A stretch of DNA of 64,000 nucleotides from Botryllus schlosseri (GCA_051294905.1 CM119372.1:3350001-3414000), one strand, 5' to 3'. Positions 37,528-50,671 are shown, counted from the stretch's first letter. Numbers and translations: made by a program. The notes: generated by a model from the letters alone, not told the origin.

Positions 37528-37739
37528 GATACTATGAACAACGTCACATACACCACGAGCGTACGCATCCACTTTCCCAACGACCCCGACATCGGCTCTG
37601 AAGTCGAGTTCGAAAAAGTTAACGTGTGTTTGCTGACGTTCGTTCTGCGGGTTTCCAGCGAGTTGGCGGTATCTGCGCGCGTGATCGCAGGCAGACTGGA
37701 CGACACCCGACTTTCGATCGCTACCAACGTAGAACACCG
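37528..37739 (+). CDS. EGF-domain gene: internal exon
   Basis: Strong acceptor tttttctctcccag, phase 0; GC-rich coding-like stretch DTMNNVTYTTSVRIHFPNDPDIGSEVEFEKVNVCLLTFVLRVSSELAVSARVIAGRLDDTRLSIATNVEH; donor cg|gtata, phase 2. Confidence 0.75.
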
Positions 37740-38040
37740 GTATAACGCGCATACTATTCGATTCCTTTTTCTTGACATCGCCGGTTGATTTATTAGTGGT
37801 AGCAATATAGTATCCTTTAAACGTTTAGGTCTGTTTTTCTGAGATTTCATGCGGAAATGTGATGTCCTTGGCCTACACGTGGACCGGACAGCTAGAAAAA
37901 TTCTAGTCGTCCAATTAGACCAATTAGACTTTATTAGAGTGAAGTGCCGGTAATAGAATATATACAATGTTTCCATGCTCTAACATTGATTTTAATCTAA
38001 TTTCTGGATTTCTAGAAAAAGTTACATGAGAGCTGTATAG

Positions 38041-39042
38041 TAGGGATGGTGTGAACCTCTGAAAGGTTCAGGTTCGTGTGAACGCGAACCTTTTTGAAAG
38101 GTTCTGTGTGAACGCGAACGTGAACCTCATGACGTCACGTGACGTCACATTGCTAATTACAACCCAACATTTCAGCGAAGTGATAGTCTATATTATTCTA
38201 CATGATACCTAGCGATAACTCGGCCACATAATGCCACAATGCTGAAGTACCTATTACCGTTTTAAACGTCGCCAAATATATCGACTGGGGCAATCAAATG
38301 ATATAATAATCCCATAAAATCAATCTCTTTCGTCGCTTTGCCAACGATTTCGACGAGGAGTTGCAAGGGAATATAAGCTTAACGGTCTAGGCCAGACCGG
38401 ACAATGCATTCGGCGTCTGAGTATTGCGACGTTGATATTGAGCAGAGTGTAAAACGAGTTTCTATACTTACTACCGATATTACCCCATTAACAAGTTATA
38501 CAGCTGTAGCATACCAACATCCCAATAGCGTGGATTTTGTTGTTATGATACAATAAACATATGAAGTCAAGATTGACACCGTACACCTGCAAGATATTTT
38601 CCATCAGACAACGATATCAATTCCATTGATTGGTTTAATAAGCATCATTCGCTGACTACATGTAGTGTATTTCACCCTTGATGTTGTGTCATTGCGAGTC
38701 AAGCTCACAGCAGAGAGCCACTAAATATTCACAAATGGAAAGCTGGATATTTCGAGCAAATTTTTGTAACAAAGCACGTAAAATTTTTGTGATTATCAAG
38801 GGGTATGCTCGTTTGGTGTCCATTTTTTGTTATGCTGCCAGCGCCACGCATAGAGTGGTCCGCAGTTGAAATGCAATAAATTCCAACCAAAGATGTTATA
38901 ATGATGTGAAAATTGTAATATATGAAAAAGGTTCACAGTGCAGAACCTACCAAGGTTCGTTTGTGAACGTGAACCTCTAAATTTCCGAGGTTCACACACA
39001 GAACGCGAACGTGAACCTCGCGTTCACTTCACACCATCCCTA
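38041..39042. mobile_element. Non-autonomous hAT MITE (GTGAAC/GAACC arrays)
   Basis: TIR tagggatggtgtgaa; perfect TSD ctgtatag (38033-38040, 39043-39050). Confidence 0.9.
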
Positions 39043-39576
39043 CTGTATAGTGCGAAACCAGTCAAGAGTGGTGTACTGAAATTTGCCGTTCTCACGCCTA
39101 TGAGAATGAACTCAAATTTGATATGATCTGAACTTAATTTTTGTTGAATTTCTTTGAGATTTCATGCGGAAATGTGCTATTCTTGGAACATACCTGGACA
39201 CCGTTGACCGCTAGATATTTCTAGTCGTCTAATTAGACAAATTAGAATGAAATGCCGGTGATATAATTTATACAATGCTTCTAAAAACTTTAACTTAAGT
39301 GTTAATCTAATTTCCGGTTTTCTTGAAATTACTGTATAGAGTGCGAAACGACCCAAGCATGGTGTACGTCACAAAAGCTATATATGATTCACGTAATAAT
39401 TGATCCGACGATTTTCCAAATTCCATCATGTAGTCAATTCGGGTGTAGTCTTGGCAGTCATGTAGTCACCAATTGACTGTTAGCTTACCTTCACATGATC
39501 GTTAGCACGTTTACTACAAACTCGTCATAACAACGGATCACAAGACATATGCTCACTGCGCATGCGCAGTTGTATA

Positions 39577-40010
39577 TCATCATCATCGTTGGTTTATTAT
39601 CAATTTTTATCAGTTCAATACACCACAAAAATGCGATACAATGAAAAGATAGGAAGGTGTCGAAGCGACTTGGAGTTGTCTATGGAATCAGGCACCCCCT
39701 TGGCCTAGGCGATGTAAAGAGGAGGCATGCACACTGAATGAAAAGTAAATAAGAGTGTATAGAAAAAAGCAAGCTACAAGAAATTGGGTGGCATGTCATG
39801 GAAGGCGAGCTCGATAGGTCAGGTCGTAGTCTGGTAATCTTGAGAATTCATTAAGTAGTAATTGTTTGTATTTCGACTTGAATGTGGACATGCTCGTCGA
39901 CTGTCGGATGGCCGGCGGGATACTGTTCCACACATCAGGTCCGGCATATTTGATAGATCGATGATCTTTTCGGTCGATCATATGATATTTGGACGACGTG
40001 GACGACGTAG
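39577..40010 (-). mobile_element. 3' fragment of CR1/L2-group LINE family 2
   Basis: Minus strand encodes RSIKYAGPDVWNSIPPAIRQSTSMSTFKSKYKQLLL (ORF2 C-terminus), followed by 3' UTR, AATAAA and a (GAT)n tail. Confidence 0.85.
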
Positions 40011-40314
40011 GTTTGGTTTGTAAGAATTATTGTTATATAAAGCATGGTTTCGCAAACTTTTTTTATGGTCGCGACCCCAAAGTTCGATTTGAAAATGTTC
40101 CGCAACCCCACGTCTTGATGCGGCTTACTGATTACTAAAAAAAGGGTCATTACCTTCGCCCAAACTTATATGTGCGGGAAGCTGACGACTATGTGCGCAT
40201 GCGCAGCAGTATCATTAAATACAGTTATGACCTATAGTCAACCTCCGCCGATCAAGACTATAACAGCTTAGGTCTTTTGAGACGATTTCTATCTATACTC
40301 AATCGAAGTAGTAC

Positions 40315-40605
40315 GGCAATATAGCGTAATGGTGGAGAGTGCGGCTTCTTGATCGGTAGGTCGTGGGTTCAATCCCCGGCCGCATCAGACCTGAATAGTA
40401 ACAATGGTATCCATGGCTTTCCCGCTTGGCGCCCGGCATTACCGGGTTAGCATGAAGGGGTGGTGCAAGACATAGAAAGCTCTACAAGGCTCTATCTGCA
40501 CAGTCTTTGTCAAGTGGCATATGGACTCATGGTATGCATGTGCAGTGCGGTTATGCACAGATCATCTGTCTATGTATGTCTGTATCGTCCGTATGTATGT
40601 ATATG
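40315..40605 (+). mobile_element. tRNA-derived SINE family 2
   Basis: A box tagcgtaatgg, B box ggttcaatccc, core aatggtatccatggctttcccgcttggcgcccggcatta, (TATG)n tail. Confidence 0.75.
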
Positions 40606-41069
40606 AGTCGACGTATATGCCGCGCAAGAGCATCATGGACAAAAATAAACAATGTCCCATGCCTATAGGCTATACATATACACGGTAGTGCAAGCAAATA
40701 AGCAAGCATCTTTGGGGCACAATGGTCGTATAATAAATATCCGAGATATTGGTATATAACATCTAAATTATTGCTCATAATTCCAAACACCCCGACATTC
40801 GATATGTCATATTATTCTATATTTGAACCTCAAATACGGTAAAGAGAGCGATTTCAATGAATTCTTATCGCATTTACTAATGATTGTACTATCTGCGTAC
40901 GCAACGGTAACGTGATATTTTTCTAGGGCCCGAAGAATATATATTTTCGGCAATGAATAAGGTTGCTTCAATTCCTGAGTTTGCTATCGATATTCAATGT
41001 GAATGCAACATTATACATACATACACGCATGCATGCATAGTTGCATACTACATAGCCGTACCCTTCCAG

Positions 41070-41094
41070 GTTACGCAAAGACGAGTCATCATAG
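41070..41094 (+). CDS. EGF-domain gene: probable last coding exon
   Basis: cccttccag|g tta cgc aaa gac gag tca tca tag; phase 2 matches the 37739 donor, giving (R)LRKDESS*. Confidence 0.45.
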
Positions 41095-41510
41095 TTTTGC
41101 TATACTTCTGAAAGCGTGTTATGCAACTATAGATTTGTCGAGTTTACGATGGCATTTCTGCCTATGAAAAGCACACGTTGAGACATAACAACTCTGAAGT
41201 AATCTATAACCCTACACTTGAAGGAAAGACAGGATAAACAAATAGGTTTTCGAGTACTGAAGCTCTTACAGCAATCGGTTCGGAGGCTTCGCTTGAGGTG
41301 GGACTGCATTGCTTTGCTGATTGACTAATCATGAAAATGATTCCAAAAAGGTCCTTGAAGCACAGGTTGAAACATATAGTTGAAATTGTCAAGGAATTAA
41401 ATACCAAGACCACAAACTTTAACCGCAATCAGACGGTAGCAATTTGAGTGTAAGCAAGTAAAAGTATTTCGGCAATGAGCACATATTTCTGTCAACCTGC
41501 AATGACACTC

Positions 41511-42032
41511 CAAGTGTTGCATTTAAAACAGGAATCAATTTAAAGCAAACATGTTTAAACATGGCTCTTGTTTAAAACATGATTTTTATTGTGTTTTTTA
41601 GCCATGACGTCACTGGTCCTTAATTGTGACGTCACAGTTGATTGGTATTGACAATTGAACTTATAGGGTAAATATGGCTCCTTCGACGAAAAAGGGTTCC
41701 GACCACGGTCATGAACAGACTAAAAATATCTTTAACCGGGACTTCGTCATTGTGCAGCATTTTCATATCGGCGGTCATCATCAAAACACCCATTCTGTAC
41801 CAATGATCTATATTTATACTGGCTGTAACTGTTGAACCGGCGACGATCTGGGGGGTCCCAGCCACTCCGCATCGCGTCGACTATATTGGGTGCATATCGA
41901 CCTCAGGCTCATACTACATGCAAAGTATTTACACTATCGCATGATTGAACAACGTTTAAAAAAAACAATTTTTAAAAGGCATTTTTTGTATTAAACAAAG
42001 TGTTTCAAAACACCATTTTTAATGCAACTCTA
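41511..42032. mobile_element. TTTAAAAC-rich MITE
   Basis: Ends gtgttgcatttaaaac / ttttaatgcaactcta; related to 26994 and 28173. Confidence 0.6.
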
Positions 42033-43832
42033 GATACACAAACACAATCGATACAATACCGAATGTGTTCGGAAGAGTCTGCAATTTATATAACAAGATT
42101 CATAATACGTATGTCTAGAGTCGAACTGAATGTTAATTTACCATCAGCAATCTAGCAAATTTTCAAAAACCTTATTCGAACTATGTATTGGCAGAATTTG
42201 GGGCCTACGGTAGGTACAGCGCTTATCCATTCAATTACAACGGAGTTATCACGTCTTGACTTAATATTGTAAACTCAAATTGATTTTAAGATAGTCCATG
42301 TATTTGGTTGCCAACTTACAAATTCCATTCGGGTCAGGTTCAACTTCTTGGGCAAGTAAGGTTTATTCCGTAAGCCTAATACACTTCAATTCTCCGATAT
42401 GTCATTATGCATGTACTTTGAGGATGCAACTCATTGTGAAGATCCATGTCATCCTGCCTATGGAATTCATAGGTCAATCAAAGTCTAGCTAGACCATAAT
42501 CGAATGTACGATTATGCATAATTTCATATTACCAAGCGCAATGCGCATACAAAGAATCCGTCTTCATACACAACGAAAAACCTGACATATCGCATTCATT
42601 TGTACATTAACAATGTACCAGTTGGTTAAAAATTCATAGTAGCAAAAATTCTTATAGTGTCATCAGATTAGTATTTCTACTTCCCAATGTAGCACGTATC
42701 ATTGCCCTGTAGTGGAAATAAAATGCATTATGCATGAAGTAAAGCTTTAGCGGTTCCATTTTGGCTGTCGCATTAATATCTTGCTGACAACGTACATACA
42801 TAGCGTACGCGACACGGTGGTTGCAGGCCGTAATACCAAGATATGTAGTAGGGACTATATGCCCAGCAGTTGCTCTTTAAAAATCCGCCGTGTCCAACTA
42901 ACTCTGCAGTCGCGGTTTCCACGATGTGAATATCAACTATATAAATCAGTTTGCTAATGTTCGGTGAACCAAACCGTACATGCCAATAGACCATCAACAA
43001 TACATCATAGTTTCACTAAATGATTATTATGCAGTATTAAGTATGCACTATAATACACAGTGTACAGTAAACTCGCAACTTCTATTATCGCGATTCAACA
43101 GAATGAACTGCCAACTTGTCCCCATAAAACTAGCTTTACAATCAACACTTTATTGTGCAATAACAGATTCACGAGAAAGAAATTCATGAAGAATAGCTGA
43201 AGAGATAGTTGCATAATATACAAGCCTGTGCTAATCTAGCCACCGATTCCCAACATACAGATAGACAGTGGTTCTTTACCTCTTCGATGTACTAACACGC
43301 CTACGAGATCATTCATCAATTACACCCAGTTTCGGAAAATACCTAGAATCTAGGTACCGCTGGCAATTAAAAGTAGCATGTCATAACTCATGTCCAATTG
43401 TCGTTTAGTACAATTATTTAACGCTGATTCTGTTCAAATCTATATACTTGAACATAGGCAGTATCTTGTATAATTGTAGTTGGCAAGGTTGTTGACAGGC
43501 CATTGAGTTAGCACTATAGGAGAAACTCACAGCGGGTTTCATATCTATTGAATAGCTTTTTGTAGTTTACTATACATTCTGGGACTTTTTATTAATCATG
43601 GCTCTTACACTATGTATAGACTAGAATTCAGGGATGCATGTGAAGGTTATAACCTTTATTACAAGCCTCACAAGCGGGCCACCAGATATGGGTAAGTAAG
43701 GGAAACGACGAGCCACACGCTTTATAACACACTAGCTACAGCTGAAACTAGAATAGAACCAGAACTAGAACCAATCATTTTTCAACTAGAACTACTCAAA
43801 ATAGTAGTTAGTTGACCGTCGACTAGCTAGAT

Positions 43833-45477
43833 CAGTGATTCCCAAGTGCGGCCCTGAGGGCCGCATGCGGCCCCCAGCTAGCCTCCTTGCGGCCCCTCGA
43901 AGATATTAAGAAATCGAGTTATGACAAAAAATTAAATTTATCTTTATAAAACACACTAGCTTGGTTTGGAGTCTGGAGTTTTCAATTAGGATTGCAGGAA
44001 AGTCGTGAGTAGACTGTTATATCGATACGTCCAGTTGAACGAGCAGTAGCTGTAGATATAGGTAAAGACAGGACTGTAACTGCCGCACGCCAAACCCCAA
44101 ATGAAGGGGTGGGGGTGCTCGAATGGGGCTTAAAATTATTTCGTGAACTAGCATGAATTATAGAGTATTTTTTGGAAACTGTATGCATGTTTTTCGATTT
44201 TTTTTTGCTGTATGCGTGATTCCATGATGCCAAATATCTTGATTTTTGGGTACTCATGCATCCCCATGAAAAAATGCGCGAGATTTATAGAAATGGGCAT
44301 TGGGTATATCGGCGTTAGCCTTTATCGCGCCACGACACACCAAGCGAGAAAACCTTCGCCGCACAGGACTGCCCTTATGATGACCGAAAATGTCGGTATA
44401 CATTCAAAATACTGTCTTGGCAATCGCAACCTCACGAGACAAATACCATATCCCGCAGGGAAAATTTATATTCCACTGAAGAAATACCAATTTGAAATCG
44501 TGTGCGTCTCTTAGATTAGAAGCCTGTATGGGCGATTCTATATTTTTGATATAGCAGACAGGAGGTCACGAAATAACATGTAACGGAATCATACTAATGG
44601 GCCCTGCAGTTTCCAAGACATCTCTAACAGTAAATCTGATTACGTGAGCAGCAAGGACAAGTAATTGATAGCAATATATATGCAATTCCAGATCACATTG
44701 ACCGATTTCATTATGAATTATTGAAAATTTTCGCGCTTCGCGCTGGCTCACTTAACAATACAACTAGTTTCGTGGGAAAAGCGAACAGGGTAGTAGGGAT
44801 AGGTTTATCACCCTATGGGAGACCAAGACCCAAGTTTACTATTTCATTTGGGGGGGTGCTGATGAAGTGCTGTATCGTTCCTGCCAACGGGTATATACGT
44901 CCGAAGATGCTTAATTATTATTTAGGGGCCCTACCTTTTCAAACACACTTTCCTCGGCTCTACCTGTAAACCTGATTACGTGAGCAGAGAGAGGATGAAA
45001 ATTGATAGCAATATATATGCAATTCCCGATCCTATTGACCGATTCAATCATGAATTACAGAAAATTGTCGCACTTCGTGCGGCCAGGCGATAATACCTGA
45101 CTCCCTAAATCGCCCCGAAAGCAGCATATTGGTAGTCATATAGTTCACGACCGAAGCGTCCGCATAATTCGATAGGTCCGGTCTTTATCGAAAGCTAGTT
45201 TCGCACTGATTCCAAAAACTCAAATTGGAATCTCGCAAGGGCAATAAAACTACCCCAAAATAGCCTCCAAAGGTCGAGTGATGCTGAACTATGGGAGCGC
45301 AGCAACACTATGATCATAACAATGGCCAATGGAGTCAAGTGACTGATCGGAACAATGCCAATTTTAATATTTCGATGACATTTGGGTTTGTTTAATTGCC
45401 CAGGTATTTGTGCGGCCCCGGTCGTGCCATGAAATTCTAAATTTGGCCCTGACACCGAAAAAGTTTGGGAACCACTG
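43833..45477. mobile_element. Non-autonomous hAT MITE (Charlie-type)
   Basis: TIR cagtgattcccaa / ttgggaaccactg; perfect TSD agctagat (43825-43832, 45478-45485). Confidence 0.88.
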
Positions 45478-45772
45478 AGCTAGATTGTTGGTTTAAAAAG
45501 GCTGTCCCAAACTATAAACGTCAGGACAAGCCACGGACTTGCTGGAAAATCGCGCGAAAGCGACAAAGACATTATCAAGGTATTGAAAGAATTCTCATTT
45601 GGTCAAATTACCCTTTGGAGGTAACTACCCGCAGGTCAAGAACCACTGCATCAGACAGAGAGGAACAGTATTTACAGAAGTCGGTGAAAAACATAAGAGA
45701 AGCTGCTGAAAATCAATATATACATTCATTGCAGTGGTTTACGGTGATTTCCGGACGGTTACAGTCAGTCGT

Positions 45773-46069
45773 CTATTTGGAGCCGATCGGAGCATCGCCA
45801 TATGTGATGGTGAGATTTCCGAACATGTTGGAAAATATGTCATTAAAATCTGCGAAGCTTGGCATGGATATGGTCAGAATGCTGTAGCCGGCGACTGACT
45901 CTGGTAGGGCATTTCCGCCATCTTGTGGCTTCTCCGGGAGGTTGTACGGATAAACATCTTCGCGTACGTCCAAGCCTTCGTCATCGCTCAATGCATCATT
46001 TCCGTAAGGTATCAGTGGACGCTCGGAATCGGAGCCTTGGAAAGCGTCAGGCCCCATGTTTTCCTTTTC
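45773..46069 (-). CDS. Type II membrane protein gene: last coding exon (acidic, Pro/Asp-rich)
   Basis: Acceptor tttatccag|, phase 0; EKENMGPDAFQGSDSERPLIPYGNDALSDDEGLDVREDVYPYNLP...GSK*. Confidence 0.7.
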   Translation of the reverse strand, partial: EKENMGPDAFQGSDSERPLIPYGNDALSDDEGLDVREDVYPYNLPEKPQDGGNALPESVAGYSILTISMPSFADFNDIFSNMFGNLTITYGDAPIGSK

Positions 46070-46100
46070 CTGGATAAACGATAGACAACTGTTTAGTTAG

Positions 46101-46606
46101 TAGGGCTGGGCACGATGATTCGAGTACTCGAATCTGAATCGAGTATTTATTCCAATGATTCGAGTCGAGTAGCAAGAGACGATTTTTTCGAGTACTGAAA
46201 TTATACGTTCCTCGCCACTGAAAGTTATTTTAACGACGAGAATTAGGGTTTTGATACCATTTTCCACTGTGGAAGCCATGAAACCTTGATTGGCCGTGTC
46301 GCAGCATACGACACATGGTACAAAGCGACGAACGTTACTGGAAATAACACATTTCCGAAGTCCTGATCCTCCAACAACATTGTCAGAAAGTGAAATGAAA
46401 TCGGTAGGGTCAAAATAATATCAAAGTATCATTAATGTGATGGATAACAGGCATTATATTCTTTGTGGTGGCATAAAGCTACATATTTGAACCTTGGCAT
46501 TTGATATTACGTCACAATGAGTGATACTCGAATACTCGACTCGACTCGAAGCAAAATACGTGATTCAGAATCGAATCACTAAAGTACTCGATTTTGCCCA
46601 GCCCTA
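46101..46606. mobile_element. Non-autonomous hAT MITE (CTCGA arrays)
   Basis: TIR tagggctgggca; perfect TSD ttagttag (46093-46100, 46607-46614). Confidence 0.88.
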
Positions 46607-46759
46607 TTAGTTAGGTCTTTAATTATGTCCGCTTATAACGTCCAAACGATAGTCAGTAAGTAACGAAGGATATATTCTTTTTCGGAGTACTCAAGTTGGT
46701 TTACCTGCTTGCCCTACGTGCTCAAGTGTTTTTCATTTTAGATGACTTCAACTTCTATG

Positions 46760-47375
46760 CAGCGGTTCTTAACCTTTATTAAGCCGCGGAATACCTACGA
46801 TAATCTGAAGGCTTTCGCGGAACCCCAAATCTTGCGAAGTCGTAAAAACAAAGATCTATCTTATCACAATAATTATGTAACTACACATCTAATACTCTAC
46901 TGGAGATTGCTGGTATGCAAAATGAACTGTGCATCGGCAGAGTATTAAAGGAACAGAACCATTAAAGTATGATTTCCACACAAAACGAATACATTATAAT
47001 GACTATTCATTGCATATATGCTCTTCCCTTTCTGGCACCAGTTCAGATATCCGAGGCTTCACCTTGTAAATTGTCATCGCGTTGGTCGTTCGAAACGCAA
47101 CAGGTTACACCGATTACTTAATTACAATTGAGCTTATAAATATAGAAGATAAAATTGGCAGTTCAGAAAGACTGGGTTTCGATTTCGAACCTCAAACTTC
47201 ACTGCTTCGCAATTATATACGCCCCACTGAACGAGCCTAATTGTCTGCAATCAATAATGGCGTGCCACCACAAATCATATGTATGAGTTTTGTGTTTCTT
47301 GTCCTCCTGCGGTGCCCATGAGACTGGGTCGCGGAACCCTTGGTGTTCCCGTGGAACACCGGTTGAGAACCACCG
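46760..47375. mobile_element. Non-autonomous hAT MITE
   Basis: TIR cagcggttcttaacc / ggttgagaaccaccg; gcggaacc motifs; TSD imperfect. Confidence 0.7.
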
Positions 47376-48103
47376 TTCTGTACTTACCAGTTTTGAGCTT
47401 TTTACCCAAAGCTAAGCCTAGAATACCTATATTCAGAAATACTTTTGGAATACATACTTGGAAATCGCCGCTTCTACTTCTTATTCAGTATAAACGTTGA
47501 TTACTTTGACCACCTCATCTCAGAGCCCAGTGGTTCATGATCGCGAATGTCACCACGAATGAGCATTACTAATTTAATATCGTACCATATGGAAACCAAG
47601 ATTACCAAAAGTCATTACTGTACAGTCATACCTCGGAATGTGTAAAATTCCACGAATCGCATTGAGTCTAAGGGTATTATATCTGATACAGATTTAAAAA
47701 TGCCCAGCTACATCATAAAATAAGTTGAAACAAGCCGGATATGACGAATCTCTGCACGTAACGTAATCACCAGCACGCGTCGTGTATAGATTGGTCTATC
47801 TAATATAGAATGCTTAATGAAAATGACGTAATCTGACGTGTGCCATCACAAGTGACTGTAAATTACTGTACGTACAAAATCAGATGTTCAAAAGTTTCGT
47901 TGGTCATGAGGATTGCTTCGATCGTTCTATTACAACAATTTTGCACACACCATGCATTCGTTCATAGATATTTTCATGTAGTCAAAGCACCAAATGATTT
48001 CGACACAATGAAAAGATGAAAAGGAGCCAAGAATTATTGGTGAAGTTAATCATTCAAACTCCATCCTTGGCCTAGTAATGTAGTAAAAGTCTATCAAATC
48101 TAC

Positions 48104-48154
48104 CAGTTCAGGCTGGACCTTCTCGGGTTCAAATAATCGGTCTACATACACATT
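48104..48154 (-). CDS. Type II membrane protein gene: probable internal exon
   Basis: ttttagttcag| NVYVDRLFEPEKVQPEL |gtagat; 51 nt, phase 0-0. Confidence 0.55.
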
Positions 48155-48831
48155 CTGAACTAAAATAGGCCTAATTCAATGCTTTCCAACAAGTGGGCGC
48201 GATGAATTTCGAAATGCTACGGTTTTCTATCAATATTTTATAGACGGGACTGCTTTTGGTTGTTATAGAATGCTATCAATCTTATAATTGATACGATAGC
48301 AATTTCATAGGAACTGACGATCTTGTATGCGGCGGTTGATCGAAAATAGGCTTACCACAATTTTGGATACTTCTGAATATTTGCAGAGTACAAAATAAAG
48401 CCAATCAAGCTTACACTTGAGCTGATCATATCTAATATGGAAGTTCAACTTGGTAGAAAATTGCATGTGTATACACTATTTGCACCCGTGTAACACCCCT
48501 GATATACGGGTGTGGATATACACCCGTTGCACACGAAACCTGAACATATAGCTCAGACTTATACCGCGGTATAAATCGAGTACAACATTTTAATCCAAAT
48601 AATGCATGGCCGTAGGAACGTAGGATTTAAAACCGCGATATAATTCTGAGTTCGGCTTGGTGTGAATTCACACTGTTTTCGCAGAGTGCACATTGTTTCT
48701 TATCACGTTAATTTGTTTTTCATCCGCTTTTTGAGATCTCAGCGTGTGTCGCGAACTGAAGAAAGTTGTGGAGCACTGGCCTAAGTAATGTCATGGCGAG
48801 CTCGCTGATTCCATAAATAGGAAACGCTCAC

Positions 48832-49002
48832 CTGGATGTTCTCTAGAACTTTTTTGAGCTGGCAATGCTGTTGCCATCCCCAGTACATCGAGCACCCCAG
48901 CAGCAGGAAACAGGCGATGAATAGGATCCACGGTACAACGACGCAGCAACGGCCGTTTCTTCTTTCTCGCGAGTAGTATGTCGGAATGGCGACTTTCACA
49001 TC
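48832..49002 (-). CDS. Type II membrane protein gene: transmembrane exon
   Basis: cgttag| DVKVAIPTYYSRERRNGRCCVVVPWILFIACFLLLGCSMYWGWQQHCQLKKVLENIQ |gtgag; basic cluster then ~22 hydrophobic residues; phase 0-0. Confidence 0.8.
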
Positions 49003-50544
49003 CTAACGAACGAATGAGCAGTATCAGTGTCAGTTTAATAAACGGCGTCAAAGCAAGGTCTTCTGGCAAATTGTGATTGTCTTGCCAGTGTGGCCTAGTG
49101 TCGCAAATTACAACCAACACGATACAACAGTGTTTCTTGAAGTTTGTAGAGCGCGACCTAAATTTGAGTTTCAATTACATCTCGCAACCCAAGCCTCACG
49201 CATCAAAATGAATGTATTTCTAATGCTAGTATGCAGCATTTTAAAGGGCATGCATGAAACATACAAGGTGCAGGCAACGCAGATCTATGATACATGATTC
49301 AATACAAAAAGTCATCGATTCAGCAAGATTGGTGAGCGAATTTCGGCCATAACATATGCTCTTGCATAAATCACTAATATTTGTGTCCTCTTGTATCCCA
49401 CGTGATTAGATAAATCTGCGGAGCTGTTGTAGGTGGTATCTTCGGAAATTTAGGGCACCTAATTATACATCCGAATGGAGGCATGTTCAATTGTTCATGC
49501 GTAACCATTTTACTGCCCCAATTGCTTATGTGATGTATAGTACCCAAGACGGCTTTCTTGGAAATGTAACAATTAACCCGGAAAGAAATCTCCCAAGGCG
49601 TGACTAAAATTTCGTATTACCAGAAATTCAGAAAATATCACACATGTTTGGCTCGCGACTCATACTATAAGAACCCCCGCGATAAAACTAAATGTATGGC
49701 TGTGGTTCACGAGGGGATAGACAACCTGATTTTAAGCGGGCATGAGACGGAGCGCTCTCCGCAACTTAATCTGAGTTTATAACACACGCCCAAAGTTGCA
49801 AGTTATTCCATACAGACATTCAACGCTTTTTAATCAACGATTTGAAAAATGGCATCATGACTGGCGAGATTAATTCTCATACCCTGTTGTAAAAGATTGG
49901 AGCGGTGTCGTTATACTTGAGTATCGTCCACGACGAGCGCAATTGGTGTTTTCACATCCGAAAGACCGCATAATTTTACTTTCATACAGGCCTGTTGAGC
50001 ATTTGGAAGCTAGCTAATCTATTAGATTCAACCGACATCGATGAAAACTGAAACACCTGCCAGTTGACTTGAAACTCAAAGTGACATTATCGATACTCTG
50101 TAATCATTATTATTCCCCTTCATATCTCAAGCCAAGATCTCTAGGCGCTGTTTGGATCCCGTATCTTTGCGAACTTACATTTCCTCGATCGTGCTAATGT
50201 TGTTGTTAATAATATAATAGATCAGTTCAGCACAAGCTCTTGAAAATAATAAAGTAAGTGGGCTGAAAATGACGCTGTTCGATAGGATACAATGTCAACT
50301 ATCCCGCAATACTAATATACGTTGTTAGTAAATCGATTCAATTTCGGGGGTGTAGCATAGCGCATTTAGTTACAGGGGACGCCAAGAACCAACCACTGCT
50401 GGAATGTTTACCGGCTGTACAGTACCAAGCGATGGCAAATAGTATAACATAATAAGTGAAACATAATAAACGTTCCAGGCGGTATGCAGTTTTGAAATAC
50501 GACCAGTCAAGTTTCCAGTTTCAACGTGGGTGCCGGATCTTAAA

Positions 50545-50642
50545 GACTACTCCAAGTTGTTTCAACACCTTCCTATCTTTTCATTGTATCGCTGTTTTGT
50601 AGTGTTTTGAAACGATGAAAATATTAATAAAACTGACTGATT
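50545..50642 (+). mobile_element. Short 3' tip of LINE family 2
   Basis: gactactccaagttgtttcaacaccttcctatcttttcattgtatcgc...aataaaa matches the reverse complement of 39590-39680. Confidence 0.7.
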
Positions 50643-50671
50643 GAGGTTCAAAATCACCTCATTCGACTAAC

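Noticed and set aside
41632..41865. 77-aa minus-strand ORF
   Set aside because: It lies inside a TTTAAAAC-rich MITE and has no recognisable motif or splice context.
47388..48372. Candidate minus-strand micro-exons 48372-48356 and 47417-47388
   Set aside because: Splice signals are good, but their phases do not fit the phase-0 chain without introducing stops; unsupported without transcripts.
45773..49002. Calling the membrane protein a TNF-family ligand
   Set aside because: No TNF-homology-domain exon found downstream.
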